DNA from: Callorhinchus milii
Taxonomy: Eukaryota
Assembly (NCBI RefSeq): GCF_018977255.1
Contig: NW_024704743.1
Span: 85,624,001 to 85,688,000 of the forward strand
DNA length: 64,000 nucleotides
Direction: 5' to 3'
In this document: one piece after another, positions 12,741-26,289 of the stretch
How the letters are laid out: every line of letters starts with the position of its first letter
Position numbering within the stretch: the stretch's first letter is position 1
Notes under the pieces: generated by a model
What the model saw: only the letters and a program-made list of their open reading frames with translations
What the model was told of the DNA's origin: nothing
The model's database searches: none
Position numbers and translations under genes: made by a program

Positions 12741-13261
12741 CCCTAAATTGTTTGGTGGTCCTAGCTGGTTAACTTCATCAGTATCTCGTGGGAAACAGAT
12801 GTCTGCAATTTAAAGAAGTGTGCAGCTGCATTCATCCCTTTTTTCTTTTAGTATCCATCAGATGAATTCATCTAAAAATATTTAAACTATTTACTGGGAT
12901 TCCCAAGACTGTCTCTTTCCAGTATCTGCCTAATAAGTTTGCCAACAAAATGTACCGTCGCTGTACTTTGCCGTATATCTTGTGAAACAACATGAAAGGT
13001 GATTATTATTATTTTAATACTCTCAGAATTAGGTAAGCAGGATGCAGTCCCCTCCAAGGGGAAAGTGCATTCCAATCTAAAGCACACAAATGTTCATCTG
13101 TAGGGGGAATGCATTGAACTCTGTTTGGATTGGATACTCTTAAGCATGGTGATGGATTTCCCTATATGTCGGACACCTGGCTGACCCAAAAAAAAGAGCT
13201 GTGATCGTCATATGAAGATATTTTTGATCAATTGTATTTATACCACTTTTTTTTTAAAGGA

Positions 13262-13455
13262 GACTATTATTTTTTGGAGGCTTTATTACTCCTGGAAAGT
13301 GGTCCCCCAATCGACTTAACCACTGTGTTCCTACTTACTGCTAAGTAAACAGGCGTGTGGAGTAAGGAAACTTGCCTAAGGTTTCACCCGTTTGGAAACT
13401 GGGTCCACTCGCTTGCGAGAAGAGCGCGATAACTACTACACTATTGGATTCCACT
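13262..13455 (-). mobile_element. SINE 5' part (tRNA head plus CORE-like domain, long form), 3'-truncated
   Basis: Minus strand reads taggcaagtttccttactccacacgcctgtttacttagcagtaagtaggaac. Confidence 0.75.
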
Positions 13456-15574
13456 TGTGACTTATTGAGTGTGGTAGTGTGCTAGGTTTCCAGTTCCCTG
13501 ATTAAACAAATGATGGCTTAACAAAATATTGAAGTAGGTTGATTCCAAACAATGAGCCAATTTCATTTAATATTTTCTTTGGCTACAGTATCTTCTTCCC
13601 AATTGTAGTGAGTAGCCACTTGAATGATTTTAAATATGTATGAATCAAGGGATGCCTATAAATTGATCTTCATTTGTATAGTGTTTGACTTCTCGACCTT
13701 TATAACATTTTTGCTGGCATGAATAGCACTTGACTTAATGGGGCTGCTCTAAAAGGGAGTCTAAAATGCACTAAAATGAACTGTGGTTGTGCATCTGAAC
13801 ACTTATCTTCCCCACTCAAAACAAATAGAGCAACTTTAAATAATATATATATATATAGTGGAAAACACATGTCAGCAATTTAAAGAAGTGTGTATCTGCA
13901 CTCCTCCCTTTTCTTTCTTTTAGTATCCATTGGATGAATTCATCCACAAAAATTGAAACCTATTTTCTAAATCTATTTTAACCCAAAATATTTAACTTAA
14001 TTCTGCATTGCAATATTTTGAGGTTTTTAATATAGAAGCAGAAAGAATTGCTTTTGTCGTGATTCTCTTAATTGTAGGGATTTTTATATTGTTTCTTAAA
14101 TTAGCTGTGGTTACACTAACTTTCTTCTAGATGTTAATATCTATTAATACTTCTGTTTCATTGTTAATCACCGTAATCAATGCTCTTTAAATATGTGTTT
14201 CTGCAATTTGTTTATTTTGTTGTGGGTTCTTGCCCACCTCTTGTCAACTTAGACAGTAAGTGTTAGCAGCCTATTAAACACAAGATAACTATTACTAGAA
14301 CAAGAATCTATTATTTATTAAAAACAAGTTACTCAACGTTCCTTTGTTTTTGTCTTAACACTATGCAATATATTTGACCAATTCTTAAAACAGTAATATC
14401 AGTCTCACTTTTTAATTTTCACTGTAGGATATAATGATTGCTGGAGACCCATCTTGAACAAGTGTCAGCATGACAGTGTTACAGATTATTCAATTTGTTG
14501 GTTTTTGACCATTTCTTGTAGTCCCATCAGTTTCTTGTAGTACTTAAATAATAAATTACAGTTTGGATTTAGATTAAGTAGAGGAATTGAAAAATGATGT
14601 ATGTGCAATCAAGGATATCTTCATTTCCTTTGGCATTAATAAAAATAAGATCTTCCTCAAATTTGAATTACCATTCGATGACATCGCTTAATACTACGAT
14701 AAACCAATAAGTCTAAACTATAATTAGATTTTTAACCTTTTTAGGAACAAATGTCATATTTCAGGGAGATTACAGATCTGTTGAGCAAATGAAAATTGAC
14801 TGCCATACAGTTGGATAATAAATGTTTCTAATCTAAAAGGCATGTTTGCAAAAGGTCTTGGATCTCAAAGCTGCTCCTGTTTGATAAGGGAAAAGTCTAC
14901 TCAATGTTATGATAATGCAGTAACTAATCTGCATGACATAATTACCTGGTGAAGTCACCCAGAGTAAGAATTGTAAGGCTTCTCAAGCAAACCTAATGTA
15001 TAGATGGAAGCAATTTTCAAGTGTGAAGCTTCACAAATAAATCTTATTGTGAACATCAGTGATTTTCAGAACCGGATAAACTTGTTAATCTGATGTTCTG
15101 CACAGAAAGTCAGGTTCAAATATTGTAAAACCAAATACATTGTCTGAAGGAGTTATGCTTGTCAAGCATCAGTCACAAATTAATTTTGCTTTAACTGTGA
15201 TTGTGTTCCAAAAAAAACCAATTAAAAACAACAAGCAGCTAAAATATTTAGCCAGTATCAATGCAGGAAAAAAATACTTATTCCAGAATTTATCAGTGGG
15301 TATCAATTTTGTAGTCCTCCCAGAATACTGAGCCTACTATCTTATACATTACAATACAATTTATATTTATATAGCGTCTTTCACATCGTGAGGACATCTC
15401 AAAGCACAGGATTGTAATGTTTTTCACTGAATTTAGTGTCCTGGCCTCAATCAGCTATCCTGGGACCCATCCCAGCTGTTCACTACCTCCTGTGAAGGAA
15501 TGCTTTCTGGTGTATGTCCTAAGATTGTCCTTCACAAACCTAAACCTGGGCCCTCTCGCCTGCTGGCTTGATGT

Positions 15575-15860
15575 ATTTAAAAGTATTATACATCATCTGG
15601 ATCTGAAAGAGAATTTAGGAGGAACTACTTCATGCAGAGGGTAATGAGATTGTGGAATTTGCTGTTTGAAGTGGTTGTTGAATCAAGTAGTATAGGTGCA
15701 TTCAAGAGGAAGCTAGACCTTCACATGAGGGAGAGGGGAATAAAAGGGTATGGGAGGGATTAAGGAGTGGGTACAGACTTGTCTGGAGTATAAACAATAG
15801 CACGGACTGGTTGGGCCAAGTGTCCTGTTTCCTTGCTGTAATTCTTTGTATTGTTGATAA
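15575..15860 (+). mobile_element. CR1 LINE 3' fragment
   Basis: FRRNYFMQRVMRLWN-like C-terminus followed by a gggccaagtgtcctgtttccttgctgtaattct tail. Confidence 0.7.
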
Positions 15861-16182
15861 TTTTGAATGAAAGATTAAAATTGTGTACACTTGTATTATT
15901 TTTACTTGATTTTTATCAGAATTTCTGTTTTTAAGCACTCCCAAAATGCTGCCTCATGTGAATGGCGCCATATAAATACAAGTTGTTGTTTTCAGTGCAT
16001 CCTGTAAAATGCAGTTAATATTCTGTCACCTTTATTTTGCAACTACAAGCAATTCACGTTTAGATTAATTAAGCTTTCAATACACAGTTTAGGCCTCAGG
16101 AAAAATAGTGAGATTAATGATTTAATTCCAATGTGCTTTTTTTTAAAAGCAAGTTTACATTCTTTATATCTAATCATTATAG

Positions 16183-16324
16183 TTTGGAGATTTTCCTATT
16201 AAAGAAAGATAAAGGAGTTGTGTGGCCAGAGCTTGTGCTTGGTGACCAAAGAGGAGAATTTATCACTGACCCTGCTCAAGCTTCAGCAATAAATGAACGT
16301 TTGCTCAATCTCACTGAAGAATTG
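16183..16324 (+). CDS. NUDCD1: NUDCD1 internal coding exon
   Basis: Acceptor catta-tag|T and donor TTG|gtaagt. Translates (S)LEIFLLKKDKGVVWPELVLGDQRGEFITDPAQASAINERLLNLTEEL. Phase 2 start fits the previous exon. Confidence 0.95.
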
Positions 16325-16924
16325 GTAAGTTTTTCTTTTTTTAAAAAATTATCTGTGAATTACCACAAAATATAATTAAAATAATATGAAAGAGTTGTTT
16401 TTGTTAATATTCCTGATTTTGAACCACAGTAATACTATAAAAACAAAATCCGGTTATTATGAAAATGTTGCTTTGAATTTGCATCTAAATTAATTGCCTT
16501 CCCACTCTTTGGAGAGAGATCCAGCATATAAATTCTTCCTCTCTGAATTTCTTAATTATTTTGTGAAATACCTTAATCATATAAGTTATTTACTAAAATA
16601 TATCCTTTGGCAATAATAGGTTACCAACAAGAACTGTTTAGTAGTAAACTATTAAGCCAGATTGTGGATGTTACAGTATTTCCAGAACTTGAGGCTGTCA
16701 AATTATTAAAGGTTGGTTGGAAATGTATTCCATAGCAACTGTTCCCAGTTGATAACGTACTCAGGCAGCTACAGACAGTGAGCAAGAACAAATTGTTGGA
16801 TGTCTTTGATTCCACAAAGTGCTTAGGAATTACCTTACTTTTTCTTCCGAAATTCATTAGAAAATCCAAAGTGACTTAATTTTCGATTGTGTTTATCTGA
16901 AATCCTATACCTATTGCAAATTAA

Positions 16925-18832
16925 ACATTTGCCAAGGTGGACTGGAAAGAAAGATTGGCAGGTAAAACAGCTAATGAGTAATGGGAAGCCTTCAAGGAGG
17001 AAATAGTTTGGGCACAGATCAAATAAATTCCCATAAAGGGGAAAGGTGGGGATCCAAACCTCCCTGGATGACTAAGGAAATTGAGATTAAAATAAAATGG
17101 AAAAAAGGAGGCTTATGCTAAATGTCAGGTCCAAAATACAGAAAATAATCAAATAGAATATTGCATCTGTCTTCATAAAAGAAGAGGATGCAGCCAATGC
17201 CACAGTATCGGAGGAGAGGGTAGAGAAATTGGATAAGATAAGAATAAACTGAGAAGTATTGAAAAGGTTGTCAGTGCTCAAGGTAGATACGTCACCCGGT
17301 CTGGACGGGATGCCTCCTAGGTTACTGAGGGAAGTATGGGTGGAAATAACAGAGGCTCTGACCACAATCTTTCAATCCTCCTTGGACACCGGAATGTTGC
17401 CAAAGGACTGGAGGGTTGCAAATGTTACTCCCCTGTACAAAAAGGGGCAGAAGGATTAACACGAGAACTACAGGCCAGTCAGCCTAACGTGAGTAGTGGG
17501 GAAATTTCTAGAGACTATAATTTGGGACAAAATAAATTTTCACTTAGAAAAATGTGGGTTAATAAAGAACAGCCCACACAGATTTGTTAAAGGGAAATCA
17601 TGTCTAACAAACCTAATAGAGTTTTTTGATGAAGTAATGGAGAGGGTGGATGAAGGTAGTGCAGTTGATGTAGTTTGTATGGATTTTCAAAAGGTGTTTC
17701 ATAAAGTACCATACAAGAGATTTGTAAGCAAAATAGAAGCCCAAGGTGTTCAAGCGACAGTGGCAGCATGGATACAGAACTGGCTGGGAGTCAGAAAGCA
17801 GTGAACGGTTGTTTTTCTGACTGGAGGGAAGTGTGCTGTTGTCAGTATTGAGACCAATGCTATTTTTGATCTATGTAAATGACCTGGTCTTGCGTATATG
17901 GAGTTTGCAATGTTTGCAGATGGGATTTGCAGATTAAGCTAGGAGAAGTAGTAAACAGTGAGGAGGATAATAGCAGACTGGAAATGATCATAGTCAGACT
18001 AGTAAAATGGGCAGAAATGTGGCAGATGAAGTTTAATGTAGAGAAATGCAAAGTTTTGCATTTTAGGAGGAAGAATGAGGAAAGGCAATATGAACTAGAT
18101 GGTACAATCTTAAAGGGGATGAAGGAACAGAGAGACCTGGGTGTTCATATAATTAAATCTTTGAAGGTGGCAGGACAGGTAGATAAAGCTGTTAAAAAAG
18201 CATACGGGATACTAGGCTTTATAAATAGGAGCGTAGAATAGTCAGGGAGTATGATGAATCTTTTTAAAACACTGGTTAGGCCTCAGCTAGAGTACTGTGT
18301 TCAGTTCTGGGATCCACATTTTAGGAAGGATGTCAAGGCATTGGAGAGAGTGCAAAGGAGATTTACCAGGATGGTACCAGGAATGAGGGACTTCAGTTAT
18401 CAGAAGAGGTTAGAGAAGCTAGAATTATTCTCCTTGAAGCAGAGAAGGTTACAAGGAGACTTAGTAGAAGTTTTCAAAATTATGAGGGGATTCAATAGGG
18501 TGAACAAGGGGAAACTATTTCCACTGGCGGGTGGGTCGGTAACCCAAGGACACAGATTTAAAATAGTTGTTAAAAGAAACAGAGGGGAGGTGAGGAGAAA
18601 TTTTTTCAGCCAGCGAGTTGTTCGGATCTGGAATGCATTGCCTGAAAGGGTGGTGGAAGCTGATTGATAACAACTTTTAAGAGAGAAGTAGATAATTATT
18701 TGGGAGGACAAGTTTGCAGGGCTATGGAGAGAGAGCGGGGGAATGGGATTGAATTGGATAGCTCTTTTCAAAGAGCCAGCACAGACACGATGGGCTGAAT
18801 GGCCTCCTTCTGTGCTGTATAATTCTATGATT
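16925..18832 (+). mobile_element. CR1-clade LINE (HER1-like), 5'-truncated and degenerate RT
   Basis: Motifs SPGLDGMPPRLLRE, DWRVANVTPLYKKG, SCLTNLIEFF, WQMKFNVEKC, LVRPQLEYCVQFW and FFSQRVVRIWNALP. Tail gatgggctgaatggcctccttctgtgctgtataattctatgatt. Confidence 0.95.
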
Positions 18833-19182
18833 TGTTGATTTCAACTAGCATCATTGCATCAATCTTATTTCATACCAGAAGAATGGGACACTTTATTTTC
18901 TTGCACCACTCCACACTTAACCTGTTTTACTCGTTACACTCATTAGTTTAAATCATAAATGAATGTGCCGTGAAACTGGTTTACATTTCTAGATTTGTGA
19001 CTCATTGTGCTTCGGTGCTGGTCTCTATAACATGGGATCTTTGAGGCTGCTTGCTCTAATGTTTAATTTCAAATTTTCTAATTGGGTAGAATTGCATTTT
19101 GTTTTTCTTTTTGAATGCGTCTGATGAATGGACTTTTGTGATCTCAAACGTTAGCAGAACTTCAAATCCAGTTAATCCTATT

Positions 19183-19610
19183 GTGTGTCAGCCTGGCTCA
19201 GTCGGTAGTAATCTCGCCTCTGAGTCAGAGGTTCTGAGTTCAAATCTCAAATTGGGTCCTTGAGCTCATGTTGTCTAGGCTTGCACTCCATTGGAGTCGT
19301 GGGGAGCGCTGCTTCATTGGAGGTGACGTCCTTTGGACGAGATGGTAAAGTAAGATCCTGCCCGCCTCTTTAGGTAGACGTTAAAGATCCAATGGCACTA
19401 TTCAAAAAAAGGAGATGGTTTCTCCCATTGTCCTTGCCAGGTACCTCGCAACTAAAAAATTGACTATTCACTTCATAGCTGTTTGTGAGACATTACAATG
19501 TGAAAATTGGCTGCCGTGTTCAACTACAAAGTACAAAGTCACTACTCTTTACAGTAGATCCTGTGAAGCTCTTTGAGACATCTTTAAGATGTGAAAGGCG
19601 CAAGAGTAAA
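19183..19610 (+). mobile_element. Old SacSINE1-like DeuSINE, full length
   Basis: Head ggctcagtcggtagtaatctcgcctctgagtcag, middle aaagatccaatggcactatt, Deu segment gctgtttgtgagac...aaattggctgccgtg, then an L2-like tail. Confidence 0.8.
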
Positions 19611-20264
19611 CTCCTGGTTTACTCGACTCTTCGAATCCGGAAGTCATACCTAGCCAACCCGGGCGCCTGCATGCATGCACTGCACTGAGCAGCCTCACCT
19701 CCTTGCTGGCTTTCCCAGTGGCCAGGAAGATCACCTTTGAATAGGATTGATTGTTTGAATATTCTGATCTGCACTACCAATATATTCAAACAATCAATCC
19801 AATTGAAAGTCAATTTATTTGTGGTAGGATAAATTTTATGTGGTTGATAAAAGGATTGTTTGTGGGGTTAATGCCTGTTAATAGATGCTATTTTAGCATC
19901 TCATTTGAGCTATATCCAACAGTGATGACAAAAATGGAAGTGTTTCATTACCCAACACAGATATTCCTCACTTTGATTTGCTTTAAAAAGTGTTTTCTTT
20001 TTGGATATGGGTTACATGAAGATATATACAATGTGAGGATTAGATTACAAAATGGAAGTTAATCAAATATTCAAATCTTATCAAATAAGTGATTTTGTGA
20101 TCATTCTTATGAGGTCTTTACTGTGATCTAATTCAATTAAGTGTTAATCTCTGCAAGAACTAATTATTGCAGTATTAAATAAATGTGTTGGTGATAAACT
20201 ATGTGTGATATATTTTGAGATTATTATTCTGTGAAACATTTTCTGATGAAAAGTGTGGTATGCT

Positions 20265-20545
20265 GAGCTCCAACTGATGGCTCATTTAGTAAGTGTACTT
20301 TCTTGTGCAATATTTAGTCATGAGATAGTTGATCAAAGCACAGGTGGTATAAATCAACCAGGGCTGGAAAGGAGAAAAACAGACAGGGGTCCTCTTCTGA
20401 TCACTGACCAATCTTTTGGGTTAGAAAATGTGTGGATGCTGGATGAGAACAAAATCAAGCTTTGCTGTGGTGACACCCATGCTTCAGTAATTGAATAATG
20501 CTTATGGTTTGAACTCTGAGAAGTGAGCACTAGGACAAGTTATAG
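20265..20545 (+). mobile_element. Ancient AmnSINE2-like SINE remnant ending about 30 bp before an exon
   Basis: cagggctggaaaggagaaaaacagacaggggtcctcttctgatcactgacc...gtgtggatgctggatgagaacaaaatcaagctttgctgtggtg resembles the AmnSINE2-type consensus from memory. Related minus-strand copies lie at about 40180-40350 and 44060-44320. Confidence 0.5.
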
Positions 20546-20577
20546 AATGTTTACATTATTTTCTTTAATATTAACAG

Positions 20578-20703
20578 AATGCAGACCCCGAAAAAAGCAA
20601 GCCAGCTAGTAATGCACAAGAGCTGGAGGAATGTGACCACTTCCCTGAGGCTACTTCCAATCTAACTCGATTTGATGGCAATACTTTGAAACCTACTCAT
20701 GTG
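20578..20703 (+). CDS. NUDCD1: NUDCD1 internal coding exon (absent from the ORF track)
   Basis: Acceptor ttaacag|AAT and donor GTG|gtaagt. 126 nt translating [42 protein letters not shown], with the NAQELEECD and RFDGNTLK motifs. Confidence 0.95.
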
Positions 20704-23700
20704 GTAAGTGACATTTCTCAGACAAGTTGTAAAATATTAGAAAGTGGGTGTTGTAGCAGTACTACTGATATTTTATACCAGGCATCAATGGCTGTAACTC
20801 GAGGCTGAAGCTGGGAGCGTCCAGTTCAAGAATGGGCAGTGATTTAATCAACTAATTCATTGGGAAACCAAAAGGCTATGACATATTGGTAACAACCAAA
20901 AACAGCTGCATTGGTATCATAAAAAGTCCGTTTCAGGTTTTGCCAAATGAAAATAAAGATTGAGAAAATGGCTGGTTGAATATATCTTATACTGTTATTA
21001 CCACCAGATGGAAAAATTTCAAAGAGCAAACAGCAACTAGAATGAGTTATTAGGAAGGATATTTGATGCTGAAATGTCAGGACACTTGATGCTAAAATGG
21101 GAAGAAGGAAGAATGGTTATTCTAGAAATATGCAATCAGAAGGGCATTCTTAATCCAAACCTTTTACCTGATGAAAAATAGGTTAAGAGGCATTTCATTA
21201 GACTTGTCACTCTAGATAGCATCTAATGTTCACTCATTACGAACAACCAGTTTGAGCAATTTCTGGATCTTGCTGAATATTATTCTTTGGACACGTGGCA
21301 AATAGGGAAAAAGATGGCTTAATTTTTGGCAGTTCTGTTTGTTCACAGATCTTTCAACTGGAAATTTATTTCAAGTAGTTTATATTCTGCATCTTCTTGG
21401 AAAATAAATGATGTATCCAAACCTTTGTATGGTATTGAAAAGGCCCCTGTGATGATGTAGAATTGCGAAGTTGCGTGATTTTTCCTTTGGTCTGAACCCA
21501 ATCCTGCTTTAAGTGCTGCAATTGGAAGCATGCTTTCATTTCTTTTTTAAAAACCCATATAAAATAGGTGAGATGACCTTTCTCTGTAACACCTTTTCCT
21601 AGCATATTCTTTAATGAACATATATGGTCTAAACACTGGGTTCTTCATACAGAGATAATGTTTTCTTTAGGTCTGTCTTATAATAATGGAACTTCTGTTG
21701 AGATTTATTGGTTTGTGAAGTGTTGTCAATTGATCTTTCACTGTAAACATTTCTGCCTACTTGTTTCAATTTCAACTTGTATGTAATAAAATTGTAACTC
21801 TTATAAGTTAGCATTAGTACATTGAATAACATCACTGATAATATATTATCCTAAATAAAGGTGCTGTTTAAACTGTTTAGATTCAGTAACTGCTGTTGTG
21901 TAATGTATTTTCTTATAAAGGTGCACACTACTTTGATGAAATATTTGAAGCCATCAAAAATTTGCCTTGTGATGACTTAGTGTACTGAATATGATGTAGA
22001 TTGAAGAGATGCTGGAAACCTTTTTCCTCTCCCTCTATCCCTGTTTATCATGAGATGTCATATCTTTATTACCTGTTCCAAATAAATCCAGCGTATTCTG
22101 GTTTTCAGAATCTAATCAATAATGTGCGTGCAGTTGCATTACATTTTATATGGCACCTAATGATTTTTGCTGCTACTTATGAAGGTCTATGTAATATTAT
22201 AGTGCTCAGTGAAATCACATTTCATAAAAAAGTCACTGTAGAGGAATTGAAAAATGACAGTATCATGCATACTGTGAGTGGTTGATCAAAGCAGTACATT
22301 GAAATCATTAATGCTTTTTTTTTTACACAGTACAAATTCTCAAATATAGAGAATGGCATAAAGTTATGTTTTGGAAAATATAGTGATTTATTTCAACCAG
22401 TTTCCTTTCGGGTCATTAATGATGTTTTACTTCGCTGAAGGGCTTCTGAATATGATGTGATGAAATGAAGTGCAGTAGCTGAAGTCTGTCGGGATTCTCT
22501 TGTATTATAGTGTATTTTAATGCTTCTTTCATGGTGGGCATAAATTCAGTACATTAGATGGTCCTGTTCATCATAAATCTGTCTTGAGTTAGCATTAGCA
22601 CTTTACTGAAGTACTATTTATTTGTTTTACGGTAACTTTTTATACTGCTGTTTCAAAATTCACTATTTTTTAACAAGGAAAAGGAAACTTAAGACCATTA
22701 AATCAGTAGTTAAGCACCAGACATTTTATTGTATCTGAAGAGGAATTGCAATAACCAAATTAAATTAGGCAGGCCAAGTGCCAACATCAGGGCTAATGGA
22801 AAAGCTGCTTAAACCATTTAGCATTGAGAATGACAATTGAGCATATTGCGGCATTAATTTTCAATGCGCAGATAGCTTCTGATGCTTTCCCTTCAGGATG
22901 AGTTCTTCATTTGAGTGACAGATGGGTCCTGTTTTCTTGGTCCCCTTATGAAATACCTGTCAGGTAATCAGGATGAACAGTCATATAATCACCTAAGTCA
23001 TACATGCACCCAAGTCCCATTCAGTTACCTAGATTTTTTGCACTAGTTGTATTTTATAAACAAATCTAATCCTAACTCGTAACAGTGTTCCTCTATCCTC
23101 CATTGCTCTTCCACTTACTGGCTGTGTTGAATCACAGGAAATTACATCCTGACCCGTTGCCGCATAAGACACAGACTGATTTTTTTTTCAACACCAACTA
23201 CAAGTTATTTGTCTCAGAAGCAAATTAGTAACTTGTCTCTTTTGCTATGGATGAGATAGTGAATCTTGTCCTTTACCACTGAATAATATCTCACTTGCCT
23301 GGCAAATGATCATATTTTACACACAAAACACCCTCCATTATCAGGTCAGCTGTTGACCTACTCAGTTATCTTCTAGTCAAAAAGAACTGAACATGCCCCC
23401 TTCTGGGCACACTTGTGTAGTGTGCACAGTCTGCTTCAGAAATCCAGAAGATCACCAAGTCAGGAAATGTGTAGATTATCTTAATTCAAAGAATGATGGC
23501 AACAGCGCTCAAGACGAGTGACCTACCTCTTAGCAAATAACTTGATGTTATTCTGTGTTCAAAATTGCAACATTTGTGCAGTCAAATGTGAAATATGAAA
23601 AGGTGTCTTCTAAGGTGATTGATTTTTTTAACTTCTCTGCAAATTGATGCTTCTGTCTGTTTGATGCCTGCCTGCAACTGGGTGTTTCATTAAAACTCCG

Positions 23701-25900
23701 GAAAACAGGTGGGGTGTGTCACATCTTGTAAAGCTTTTAGCCACCTCAGAGTCAGCTTTTGCATCAGTTTGACTAGTTAATTACTTCATTTTGATCTTAA
23801 TGTAGCTTGGTTGCTTTTGAAAGGAGATATGTTCTTGATTATGGCTTGCCATATAACATTGTGATCTCTGCATAGATTACAGTTATTTTTGAAAACTTAG
23901 CTTTTGACATTGTAATTATATAGATTATCTGAAACATTTATTGAAATATTTGTGGTATCTTGAGATGGCATCCCAAGGTGAAGTTTCTAATTTTTAGATT
24001 GTGTTAGCAGAATTTTAAATTTTTAGCTGAAATGAAATTGTCATTTCAGAATAAGAATTAATGGTGGTTCAACAATTTATGTTGCAATTAGCTTCTCTGA
24101 TATATTGTATACTGATTTTTCACTAATGATTGTTCCACTAGTCAAATAAAAAATCAGTATATCTACAATACCTGAAAATCTGTGCATTTTCCACATTCAA
24201 ACAAAAACACAAAGGATACGCTAAAGAAGTGCAATAGTGATTGCCTTGTATTTCAGAAGAAAAATCTGTTTAATATATTCCTTTTATATTGAATAGGATG
24301 TTACGAGGGATGACTGGGTACAGATTTGAAAAAGATTGGACATGTTAGAGCTGTTCTCTCTGGAGTTGAGATGATTGAGATTGAAGGGGACCTGATAGAG
24401 GTTTTTAAAATTATAAATGGATTTGATAATTGGTATGGTATCCAAAAAATCCTAGCCTTTCCTCATTCTGTAAATTATTCCATTATGACCAAATATTTCC
24501 TAAATTGCATATAGAATAATAAATACAAAAGTATTAAAATGCATCATACATTAAGGTTTGTGTTACTAGTGGTATAATTGTTTAATGAGGCTTGAACCAT
24601 CACTATATAATTGCATATTCTGAAAAATTCCATGCCAATTGTACATGTACGTGTCTGATTAGGTTCTGCCCCAGATTAAAGCGCAATCGCTAGAAAGTGG
24701 CTGCACAGCTAACTGCAGACATCTAGTAACCCTGCTGTCCATTTCTGGGATTAACCTTGAGACAGGGATCTGTGTTTCTGCAGCCTTTCTGATCCCATTG
24801 CTGTTGGATGCAAAGGCATTTGCCCAAGGCTACATGACAGCACAATTGCTGTGACCATGGGCATCAACAAGCGACTATTACATTGTTCCAAGGAAATTGT
24901 TTTTTTTGAGGACATCAGTCTAGAGTACTGATGATGGGAAATCGTACAACATAATATGCCTCAACTTTATTTCATTAGTTGGGAAATGGCATACAGTTTA
25001 TACGTGCTGGATTACTCAACAATATTCACCTTTACATGCCAATGTTGTCTGAATGGAAGCCAGTGACTCCTCAGTATGGTCCCTATATTCTGTCAGCCAT
25101 TTGGAAGCAAGTTCATTAAGGTGTAGTTTGGTTCTACTTGGATTGCACCCTGTACAGTTGACCCCTCATCACTGCTAACTTGGACCTCACTGGTGTTCAT
25201 TGCACTTGTGCAGTCTTATTTACACTGAAGTGCGACCTGGAATGTTTATTTAATCTTGTTGAGATGAAATTGACATCACCTTCCACTCTTTAAATTTCAA
25301 TTGTTTGTGTTTTTTTCACCAAGATTATGCGACCTGTTAAATGGAAAACAAATTTATTACAAGGCAGATAATCTAATTCAGTTAGCCCTAATTATTTCCC
25401 ATTTTTGCTCCTTTGGTAGTTCCATGGGTTCCGTAAATATCTCGACATTTTCTGCTATTTTGGTATTTGCCACATCTTAATGAACGGATGTTTTCGTAAT
25501 GAAAAAATTCAGACTTCATTAAGGGTTGAGAACTTGTTCTATGGAAATCGTTACTGTTAATGGTACCGTTCTATTGTTGTGACCTCAGTTAGAAATAGCA
25601 ACCTTTGGCCTGCATGAGATGCATTGCAACGTCTTTGTGAAATGTTTTACTCTGTAAAAAAAAACTTTCAATTATGACTGTGTACATTGTAAAGGTTTCA
25701 GCTAACAAACACGTGTATTATAAATTATAAATTATAATTTTAGAACTAGGTTAGCTATCATATGTCCATTGATTTATGTTAAATTGCATTGCATTTTGCC
25801 ACAGACTCCTGAACAACAATTTAATGTTTATATGCAATTTATTTTGTAGGTTTTGAGTTTTTCCCTTTGACTCCAAGTAAATGTTTGGCCTTTTTTTCAG

Positions 25901-26057
25901 GTTAATCTGGGAAGTAACCAGTATCTGTTCACAGCTGTGGTAGATCCAGCAGAGATGCCATGTTTGTGTCTACGCCATGATGTCGATGCACTTCTGTGGC
26001 AGCCATACCCAAAACATGAGAACATTTGGGACCATATTGCAACTTTCAATGCTTTAG
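25901..26057 (+). CDS. NUDCD1: NUDCD1 internal coding exon
   Basis: Acceptor tttttttcag|GTT and donor TTAG|gtagga. Translates [52 protein letters not shown](G). Confidence 0.96.
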
Positions 26058-26289
26058 GTAGGACACGTATTGCCTTTGGCTTTTTACAGATAGTTTTTAT
26101 TAAGCGAACAGTATATTGTGTTATCTTAAAGAATAATGACTGCTTTTCTTTTTAATTGCGCTTTTTTAAAATTTAAATATCAATATTCAAGCATCATGGA
26201 ATTTAATCAATCTTTTTAAAGCTCTTTAGCGCCCATGTAAATAATACATATAATGGATTGTTATACATATAATATTGATTTTAACTATG

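Noticed and set aside
14578..22258. Shared 20-mer gtagaggaattgaaaaatga at about 14578 and 22238
   Set aside because: It is short and AT-rich with little flanking similarity, so it cannot be told apart from chance or an old repeat remnant.
22740..24900. Non-repeat intronic blocks that look like conserved non-coding elements (about 22740-22900 and 24660-24900)
   Set aside because: Conservation cannot be judged from a single sequence, and no diagnostic motif is present.
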